64,000 bases of DNA from Alphaproteobacteria bacterium (GTDB lineage: Bacteria; Pseudomonadota; Alphaproteobacteria; Bin95): positions 672,001 through 736,000 of the forward strand of contig CBDBGH010000003.1 of assembly GCA_965205265.1 (NCBI GenBank), read 5' to 3'. The first letter of the stretch is position 1. Every line of letters begins with the position of its first letter. This document shows positions 57,050-64,000 of the stretch, piece after piece. The notes under the pieces were generated by a model that ran no database searches, was not told the origin of the DNA, and was given only the letters and a program-made list of their open reading frames with translations. A program made the position numbers and the translations under genes.

Positions 57050-58486
57050 ATGGACATGATCTATGCCCCCGCCATCCCCGAAATCGTTCTGGCATGTCTT
57101 GCCATGGCATTGCTCATGGCGGGCGTATTCGGGCTGGAGCGGGGTCGAACGGTCTCCTGGCTTTGCGTTGCGGCCCTGGCGGTCACGCTTCTGCTCGTGC
57201 TGGCTGGCGGGACGGACCGAGTGGTGGGTCTCGGCGGGTTTTTCGTCACCGGGGCGTTCGCCGTCTATGTGAAGGTCCTGGTGCTGCTTGGCAGCGCGCT
57301 TGCCATCGTCATGTCCCTCACATTCAACGAGCGGGAATCGCTCGACCGCTTCGAATTTCCGGTCGTGGTCCTGTTCGCGACCCTCGGCATGCTGATGATG
57401 GTGTCGGCCAACGACCTGATCGCGCTGTACCTCGGGTTGGAGTTGCAGAGCCTGTCGCTTTATGTGCTGGCCGCCTTTCGCCGCGATACACTGCGTTCGA
57501 GCGAAGCCGGGCTGAAGTATTTCGTCCTTGGCGCGCTTTCGTCGGGCATGCTGCTCTACGGTTGCTCGATGGTTTACGGTTTCGTTGGAGCAACGGGCTT
57601 CGATGCGATTGCCGCAGCTGTGGGCGGGGGCGGCGAGCCGTCCCTCGGTCTCATCGTCGGGTTGGTGTTTCTGTTGGCCGGCCTTTGTTTCAAGGTGTCG
57701 GCTGCGCCGTTCCACATGTGGACCCCGGATGTCTATGAAGGGGCCCCGACCCCTGTCACGGCGCTGTTCTCCGTCGCGCCGAAGATTGCGGCCCTGGCCC
57801 TGTTCGTCCGCGTCCTGATGGAGCCGTTCGGGGACCTCGCCGACAAGTGGCAGCAGATCATTGTCGTGGTGGCGATCCTCTCGATGGCGATTGGCGCCTT
57901 TACCGCGATTGCGCAAGAGAACATCAAGCGCCTGATGGCGTATTCGTCCATCGGGCATGTGGGCTATGCGCTGGTCGGCGTTGCAACGGGCACCGAAGAA
58001 GGCGTCCGCGCGGTGCTGATTTATCTTGCCATTTACCTCTTCATGAACGTCGGCGTTTTCGCCTGTATCCTGGCGATGCGTCAGAACGGAAACGCGGTCG
58101 AGAATATTTCCGATCTCGCCGGATTCTCGAAGTCCCGTCCGTTGGTCGCGGGAATTTTCGCCGCTCTCATGTTCTCGATGGCGGGGATTCCGCCGCTCGC
58201 CGGTTTCTTCGGCAAGTTTTACGTGTTCATGGCTGCGGTACACGCCGGACTGGTCCCGCTGGCAGTCTTCGGCGTGCTCGCGAGCGTTGTCGGCTGCTAT
58301 TACTATTTGCGGATAGTGAAGGTGATGTATTTCGACGAGGCGGTCGAGGACATGGACCGCCCGCTGCCCTCCGAAATCGGTGTGGTAGCGGGTTTGAGCG
58401 CCGCGGTGACCGTCCTGTTCGTTGTCGTCCCCTGGACGATTACCGATTTTGCCGGAACCGCCGCCGGCACATTGTTCGCAGGATGA
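57050..58486 (+). CDS. nuoN: NADH-quinone oxidoreductase subunit N
   Basis: [36 protein letters not shown]. Confidence 0.97.
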   Translation: MDMIYAPAIPEIVLACLAMALLMAGVFGLERGRTVSWLCVAALAVTLLLVLAGGTDRVVGLGGFFVTGAFAVYVKVLVLLGSALAIVMSLTFNERESLDRFEFPVVVLFATLGMLMMVSANDLIALYLGLELQSLSLYVLAAFRRDTLRSSEAGLKYFVLGALSSGMLLYGCSMVYGFVGATGFDAIAAAVGGGGEPSLGLIVGLVFLLAGLCFKVSAAPFHMWTPDVYEGAPTPVTALFSVAPKIAALALFVRVLMEPFGDLADKWQQIIVVVAILSMAIGAFTAIAQENIKRLMAYSSIGHVGYALVGVATGTEEGVRAVLIYLAIYLFMNVGVFACILAMRQNGNAVENISDLAGFSKSRPLVAGIFAALMFSMAGIPPLAGFFGKFYVFMAAVHAGLVPLAVFGVLASVVGCYYYLRIVKVMYFDEAVEDMDRPLPSEIGVVAGLSAAVTVLFVVVPWTITDFAGTAAGTLFAG

Positions 58487-59214
58487 ACCGGAAGCCGTCG
58501 GTCGCAGGCATCGACCTGTTCGCCTATTCGGTTCTCGGCAGCACAAACGACGAAGCAAGACGTCTGGCGGAAGTCGGCCGGCGCGGACCGCTTGCGGTAT
58601 GGACGGCGGTGCAACCGGGCGGCCGGGGCCGCAGCGGACGAAATTGGGCCGGCCCGCGCGGCAATCTGATGGTGAGCCTGTTGCTGCACCCGGACCGCGC
58701 GCCTGTCGAAGCCGGCTCCATGGCCCTGGCGGCCGGCCTTGCAATTGCGGACTGTGCCCGGGAGTGGGGCGCCGATGCTCGTATCAAGTGGCCGAACGAT
58801 GTCCTGGTCGAAGACGCCAAGCTGGCCGGCATCCTGTTGGAAGCCGGTTCCGAAGGCGGCAGGCTCGACTGGATGGCCGTGGGCATCGGACTCAATCTGG
58901 CCGAAGCGCCGGCGCTCGACCGTCCGACGACCTGCATCGGGCCCGATGTGCCGGTGGAGACGGCATTGGAGCAGGCGGTGGAAGCCGCGCTGCAGCGCTA
59001 CCGGCAATGGTTGACCGGCGGTTTCGCAGCCATGCGCGACGAGTGGCTGGAGCGGGCGGCCTGGATCGGCCGCGCTGTTCGGGTCGGAGAGGGGCAGGGT
59101 GCCGTGGAAGGGGTGATGCGGACTGTGGATGAGAACGGGTCGCTTGTCGTCTGCGACGCCGCCGGAGTAGAACGCCGTGTCGTCGCCGGAGAAGTTTTCG
59201 CGCTGGAGGCCTGA
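58483..59214 (+). CDS. birA: Biotin-protein ligase (no HTH domain)
   Basis: [32 protein letters not shown]. Confidence 0.93.
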   Translation: MNRKPSVAGIDLFAYSVLGSTNDEARRLAEVGRRGPLAVWTAVQPGGRGRSGRNWAGPRGNLMVSLLLHPDRAPVEAGSMALAAGLAIADCAREWGADARIKWPNDVLVEDAKLAGILLEAGSEGGRLDWMAVGIGLNLAEAPALDRPTTCIGPDVPVETALEQAVEAALQRYRQWLTGGFAAMRDEWLERAAWIGRAVRVGEGQGAVEGVMRTVDENGSLVVCDAAGVERRVVAGEVFALEA

Positions 59215-59990
59215 TGCTGCTCGCAATCGATTCCGGCAACACCAATATCGTTTTCGCGGTTTACGACGGCGAAACCCGCAAGGGCCTGTGGCGAGCGGGC
59301 AACGATCCGCACCGCACCGCGGATGAATACGCCGTCTGGCTGATGCAGTTGATGGACCTCGAAAATGTCGATGCCGAGGCTGTCGATGCGGGCATTGTGG
59401 CAACCGTCGTGCCGGCGTCGCTGTTCAACCTGCGCCATCTCTGCCAGCGCTATTTCGGCGTCTCCCCTCTTGTCATCGGCGATCCCGGCATCGAACTCGG
59501 TATGGCGTTGAAGGTCGATAACCCGTCGGAAGTCGGAGCCGACCGGATCGTCAATGCGGTTGCGGCGCACAGCGCCTATCCCGGTCCGCTGATCGTCATC
59601 GATTTCGGGACCGCAACCACATTCGATGTCGTGGACGCTGCGGGTGACTATTGCGGGGGCGTTATCGCTCCCGGCGTGAACCTGTCTCTGGAGGCCCTCC
59701 ACCAGGCTGCCGCCAAACTGCCGCTGATTGCGGTCGGCCGGCCGGAACGGGTGATCGGCAGCAACACGGTCGCCGCCATGCAATCGGGCGTTTTCTGGGG
59801 CTATGTCAGTATGATCGAAGGTGTGGTCCAACGGATAGAGCAGGAGGCCGGCGAATCCATGACGGCCGTGGCGACAGGCGGTCTGGCTCCGCTGTTCGCC
59901 GGTGCCACCGACGCTATCGACCACATAGACAGCGACCTGACGCTTCGCGGCCTGCTGGAAGTCCACCGGCGCAACGGAAGCGACTCGTGA
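59214..59990 (+). CDS. coaX: Type III pantothenate kinase
   Basis: [25 protein letters not shown]. Confidence 0.95.
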   Translation: MLLAIDSGNTNIVFAVYDGETRKGLWRAGNDPHRTADEYAVWLMQLMDLENVDAEAVDAGIVATVVPASLFNLRHLCQRYFGVSPLVIGDPGIELGMALKVDNPSEVGADRIVNAVAAHSAYPGPLIVIDFGTATTFDVVDAAGDYCGGVIAPGVNLSLEALHQAAAKLPLIAVGRPERVIGSNTVAAMQSGVFWGYVSMIEGVVQRIEQEAGESMTAVATGGLAPLFAGATDAIDHIDSDLTLRGLLEVHRRNGSDS

Positions 59991-61672
59991 CGCGCCTGCC
60001 GGTTCCCGCCGCTGACGAAATCCTGTTCGTCCCGCTGGGCGGAGTCGGCGACATCGGTATGAACTGTGCGCTTTACGGACATGCCGGGCGCTGGATCATG
60101 GTCGATCTCGGCGTCATGTTCGGCGATGAAACGACGCCGGGAATCGAAATCATCGTCCCGGACACGGCCGCTGCGGAAGCGGTTCGGGACCGGCTCGACG
60201 CAATCGTCATCACCCACGCGCATGAGGATCATATCGGCGCCGTTCCGCATCTCTGGTCGGAGCTGGGGGCGCCGGTGCATGTCACGCCGTTTTCCGCAGC
60301 CTTCCTGCGCCGCAAGCTGCGGGACGAAGGCGCTGAGGGCGAAGTGCCCATCGTCGAGCACGAGCCGGGCGTGCGCTTTGCGGTCGGGCCGTTCGAACTC
60401 GAATACCTGCCTTTGGCCCACTCCATTCCGGAACCGAACGCGCTCGTGATTCGCACCGCGGCAGGATCGATCTTCCATACCGGAGACTGGAAGCTGGATC
60501 CGGGTCCGGTCGTCGGGGCGCCGGTGGACGAAGGTCTCTTCCGCCGTCTCGGGGACGAAGGCATCGCGGCGATGATCTGCGACTCGACCAACGCCACCAT
60601 AGACGGCGCAAGCGGCTCGGAAGCGGACCTTCTGGAAAGCCTGACGAGCCTGATCGCTTCGCGAAGCAACCGGGTCGTCTTCGCCTGTTTCGCCAGCAAT
60701 GTGGCGCGTCTGGATACCGTGGCGCGGGCGGCCGGCGCCAATGGACGGTCCACGGCGCTGGTGGGCCGGTCGTTGAGGCGCATGGACGACATAGCCCGCG
60801 AGTGCGGCTATCTGGCGGACATTCCCGCCTTCGTATCGGAGCAGCATGCCGGCTACCTGCCGCGTTCCGGCACGGCGATGATCTGCACGGGGAGCCAGGG
60901 AGAACCGCGCGCCGCGCTGGCGCGCATCGCATCCGGCTCCCATCCGCATGTGGCGCTGGAGAGCGGCGACACGCTGGTCTTCTCGTCCCGCACGATTCCC
61001 GGCAACGAGCGGGGCGTCGCCAGGCTGCAGGACCGGTTCCTGCGCATGGGCGTCGAGATCGTGACTTCCAGGGACGCATTCGTGCATGTATCGGGGCATC
61101 CGGGCCGGGACGAACTCCGGCGGATGTATGAGTGGATAAGGCCGAAAGCGGCGGTCCCGGTCCATGGCGAGCTGCACCACCTCCGCGCCCATGCCGAGCT
61201 GGCGCGCGAGTGCGGCGTCGGGACCGTTGCCGAGATCGAGGACGGCGCTCTGTTGCGGATAACCGGAGACGGAGTGGAGCGTCTCGGCGACATTCGGGTA
61301 GGGCGGCTCGGACTGGACGGCGGTCGTCTGGTGCCGCTCGAGTCGGAGCATGTCCGGGCGAGGCGGCGCTTGTCGGAGCAGGGCGTCGTCACGGCGTCGA
61401 TCGTGTTGAGCGGCGGAGGCAGTACTCTCGTCGAGCCGTCCGTGTCCAGCCGGGGCATTGTGGCCGAGGACGAGGTCGCGAACCTTGCCTCCGAGCTGGT
61501 TGGCCGCTGCAACCACGCTATCGGAAGGTTGACCGGCATGCAGCGCCGCGACGACGGCACCGTGGAAGAAGCGGCTCGCGGGGCGATGCGCCGGCATGTC
61601 CGGGAGCAGTATAATCGCCGGCCGCTTGTCGAGGTCCATGTCATGCGCATCGATGGAGGACAGCCCCGATGA
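59987..61672 (+). CDS. rnj: Ribonuclease J
   Basis: [36 protein letters not shown]. Confidence 0.94.
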   Translation: MTRLPVPAADEILFVPLGGVGDIGMNCALYGHAGRWIMVDLGVMFGDETTPGIEIIVPDTAAAEAVRDRLDAIVITHAHEDHIGAVPHLWSELGAPVHVTPFSAAFLRRKLRDEGAEGEVPIVEHEPGVRFAVGPFELEYLPLAHSIPEPNALVIRTAAGSIFHTGDWKLDPGPVVGAPVDEGLFRRLGDEGIAAMICDSTNATIDGASGSEADLLESLTSLIASRSNRVVFACFASNVARLDTVARAAGANGRSTALVGRSLRRMDDIARECGYLADIPAFVSEQHAGYLPRSGTAMICTGSQGEPRAALARIASGSHPHVALESGDTLVFSSRTIPGNERGVARLQDRFLRMGVEIVTSRDAFVHVSGHPGRDELRRMYEWIRPKAAVPVHGELHHLRAHAELARECGVGTVAEIEDGALLRITGDGVERLGDIRVGRLGLDGGRLVPLESEHVRARRRLSEQGVVTASIVLSGGGSTLVEPSVSSRGIVAEDEVANLASELVGRCNHAIGRLTGMQRRDDGTVEEAARGAMRRHVREQYNRRPLVEVHVMRIDGGQPR

Positions 61673-62073
61673 TCGGCCGCCTGAACCATGTCGCCATCGC
61701 CGTGCCGGACCTGGAAGCGGGAGCCCGCGCCTACAGGGGCGTGCTGGGAGCCTGTGTCTCGGCTCCGCAAGCCTTGCCGGACCATGGCGTGACCGTCGTC
61801 TTCGTCGAACTGCCGAACGCGAAGATCGAACTGCTGGAGCCGCTCGGGGACGGGTCCCCGATTGCGGGGTTCCTGCAGAAGAACCCCGCCGGGGGCATGC
61901 ACCATATCTGCTACGAGGTGGACGACATCCTGGCCGCCCGGGATTCGCTGAAGGAATCGGGAGCCCGGGTCCTCGGCAGCGGCGAGCCGGCAATCGGGGC
62001 GCATGGCAAGCCGGTTCTGTTCCTGCATCCGAAGGATTTCTGCGGCACGCTGATCGAGATCGAGCAGGCCTGA
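61669..62073 (+). CDS. mce: Methylmalonyl-CoA epimerase
   Basis: RLNHVAIAVPD, KIELLEP, HHICYEV, FLHPKD. Confidence 0.95.
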   Translation: MIGRLNHVAIAVPDLEAGARAYRGVLGACVSAPQALPDHGVTVVFVELPNAKIELLEPLGDGSPIAGFLQKNPAGGMHHICYEVDDILAARDSLKESGARVLGSGEPAIGAHGKPVLFLHPKDFCGTLIEIEQA

Positions 62074-62309
62074 TGTCCTGGCTGTCTGGGGTTGTCGTCT
62101 TTGTCATCGTCTGGTGGCTGGTCTTCTTCATGGCGCTGCCGGTCGGCGTCCGGCGGGCCGGGGAAGTCGAACGCGGAAACGATCCCGGCGCGCCGGAGAG
62201 GACAAGACTCGGCCTGAAAGCAGCCGTGACCACGGTGATCGCCGGGGTGCTGACCTTGCTTGCATTCCTGCTGATCGACAGCGAATGGCTGACATTCCGC
62301 AAGCCTTGA
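62073..62309 (+). CDS. DUF1467-family small membrane protein
   Basis: WWLVFFMALPVG, GNDPGAP; usual position after mce. Confidence 0.8.
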   Translation: MSWLSGVVVFVIVWWLVFFMALPVGVRRAGEVERGNDPGAPERTRLGLKAAVTTVIAGVLTLLAFLLIDSEWLTFRKP

Positions 62310-62316
62310 GCGCCCG

Positions 62317-62871
62317 ATGAGCTATTGCAGCATTGCGCCCGGCCATCCCTGGCACGGCCCCTATCACGACGGGGAATACGGTTTTCCGACCCGGGACGAC
62401 GCGGTGCTGTTCGAGCGCCTGGCGCTGGAGATCAACCAGGCGGGCCTTTCCTGGCTGACGGTCCTGAAGAAGCGGGCGGCCTTCTACGAGGCGTTCCGCG
62501 GCTTCGATCCGAAGGTCGTCGCCGGCTTCGGCGAGGAGGACCGGATACGGCTGCTCGGGGACGCGCGGATCATCCGCAACCGCCTCAAGGTCGCTGCCGT
62601 GATCGAGAATGCGCGCCGCGTGGTCGCCATCCGGTCCGAATACGGTTCCTTCGCCTCCTGGATCGACGCGCACCATCCTCTGCCGAAGGAAGAGTGGGTG
62701 AGGTTGTTCAGGAAGACCTTCAAGTTCATGGGCGGGGAGATCGTCGGCGAATTCCTGATGAGCACCGGCTATCTGCCGGGCGCGCACGATCCCGGTTGTC
62801 CGGTCCATGCCCGCATCGCGGCGCTCGACCCGCCCTGGATGCGTAAAACGGTTGCGCCGGCGGGCTGTTGA
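62317..62871 (+). CDS. tag: DNA-3-methyladenine glycosylase I
   Basis: YHDGEYG, LEINQAGLSW, IIRNRLK, GAHDPGC. Confidence 0.9.
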   Translation: MSYCSIAPGHPWHGPYHDGEYGFPTRDDAVLFERLALEINQAGLSWLTVLKKRAAFYEAFRGFDPKVVAGFGEEDRIRLLGDARIIRNRLKVAAVIENARRVVAIRSEYGSFASWIDAHHPLPKEEWVRLFRKTFKFMGGEIVGEFLMSTGYLPGAHDPGCPVHARIAALDPPWMRKTVAPAGC

Positions 62872-62934
62872 ATGCCCAAGCGGACGCGGTAGATTGGCGC
62901 CGCTTCCCGGGACCGTCAGTCGAGCTCTCCAGCC

Positions 62935-64000
62935 ATGCGCCGAACCCGCCTTTTCCTGCCGACCCTGAAGGACGTGCCCTCCGAGGCGCAGATCGTCTCG
63001 CACCGCCTGATGCTTCGCGCCGGCATGGTCCAGCAGGCCTCGGCGGGCATCTATTCCTGGCTGCCGCTCGGCTTCCGCGTGCTGAAGAAGATCGAGCAGG
63101 TCGTCCGCGAGGAGCAGGACCGGGCGGGAGCCCAGGAGGTGCTGATGCCGACGGTGCAGTCGGCGGACCTCTGGCGCCGCTCCGGCCGCTATGACGACTA
63201 CGGCCCGGAAATGCTGCGCATCCGGGACCGGCACGGCCGCGACATGCTCTACGGACCGACCAACGAGGAGCAGATCACCGAGATCTTCGCGACCCATATC
63301 CGCAGCTACCGCGACCTGCCCAAGATGCTCTACCACATCCAGTGGAAGTTCCGGGACGAGGTCCGGCCCCGCTTCGGCGTGATGCGCGGGCGCGAATTCC
63401 TGATGAAGGACAACTACTCCTTCGACCTCGATTTCGAATCCGCGCGCCTCTCCTACGACAAGATGTTCGTCTCCTACCTCCGGACATTCGCCCGGCTCGG
63501 CCTGAAGGCCGTGCCGATGGAAGCGGAGTCGGGACCCATAGGCGGCAATCTCAGCCACGAGTTCCTCATCCTCGCGGACACGGGCGAGAGCAGCGTCTGG
63601 TGCGACCGGGACTGCGTGGAGTTCGACATGCTCGCCCGCGAGGTCGATTACGAGAACCCGGATGCGGTCCGGGCCGTGGTCGAGGAGTTCACCCGGCCTT
63701 ATGCGCGCACCGACGAGAAGCACGACGAGGCCGCCTTCGAGGCCGAGGTGCCGCCCGAGCGGCGCTATGTCGGGCGCGGCATCGAGGTCGGCCACATCTT
63801 CTATTTCGGCACCAAGTATTCCGAGCCGCTGGGCGCTAGCGTCACCGCCGCGGGGGGCGAGGAGGTTCCGGTGCATATGGGCTCCTACGGCGTCGGCGTT
63901 TCGCGGCTGGCGGGCGCGGTGATCGAGGCCAGCCACGACGAGCATGGCATCGTGTGGCCGGAGTCGGTCGCGCCCTACGGGGTCGGGATCGTGAACCTGC
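62935..64000 (+). CDS. proS: Prolyl-tRNA synthetase (3' end outside window)
   Basis: Translated by eye: [51 protein letters not shown]. Confidence 0.96.
   Translation, partial: MRRTRLFLPTLKDVPSEAQIVSHRLMLRAGMVQQASAGIYSWLPLGFRVLKKIEQVVREEQDRAGAQEVLMPTVQSADLWRRSGRYDDYGPEMLRIRDRHGRDMLYGPTNEEQITEIFATHIRSYRDLPKMLYHIQWKFRDEVRPRFGVMRGREFLMKDNYSFDLDFESARLSYDKMFVSYLRTFARLGLKAVPMEAESGPIGGNLSHEFLILADTGESSVWCDRDCVEFDMLAREVDYENPDAVRAVVEEFTRPYARTDEKHDEAAFEAEVPPERRYVGRGIEVGHIFYFGTKYSEPLGASVTAAGGEEVPVHMGSYGVGVSRLAGAVIEASHDEHGIVWPESVAPYGVGIVNL

Overview
High-GC alphaproteobacterial chromosome segment; the gene order is Rhodospirillales-like (inference). Core blocks: proC(partial)-rpmB; serC-serA-[vapBC-type toxin-antitoxin]-hisZ-purA; tRNA-Leu-tig-clpP-clpX-lon-hupB-tRNA-Val-tRNA-Asp; nuoA-N-birA-coaX-rnj-mce-DUF1467-tag-proS(partial). 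Accessory DNA spans about 6.8-37.3 kb and has four parts. (1) An aerobic benzoyl-CoA (box) cluster with no boxA; a short adrenodoxin-reductase-type flavoprotein and a flavodoxin sit there instead, and an identical 17-bp promoter/operator lies just before two apparently leaderless start codons. (2) A co-oriented module of a DUF2236/MpaB-like oxygenase, an MMPL/RND transporter, a single-subunit squalene synthase and an outer-membrane barrel; this is the best candidate for an undescribed isoprenoid system. (3) An IS1634-family element flanked by a 374-bp direct repeat and interrupted by an intact IS21 element, with REP-like hairpins nearby. (4) A set of catabolic genes (hydantoinase A, GMC oxidoreductase, CoA-transferase III, MFS, TauD, AceE-like E1). 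All calls come from reading motifs by eye; no searches were run, and start codons are best estimates.
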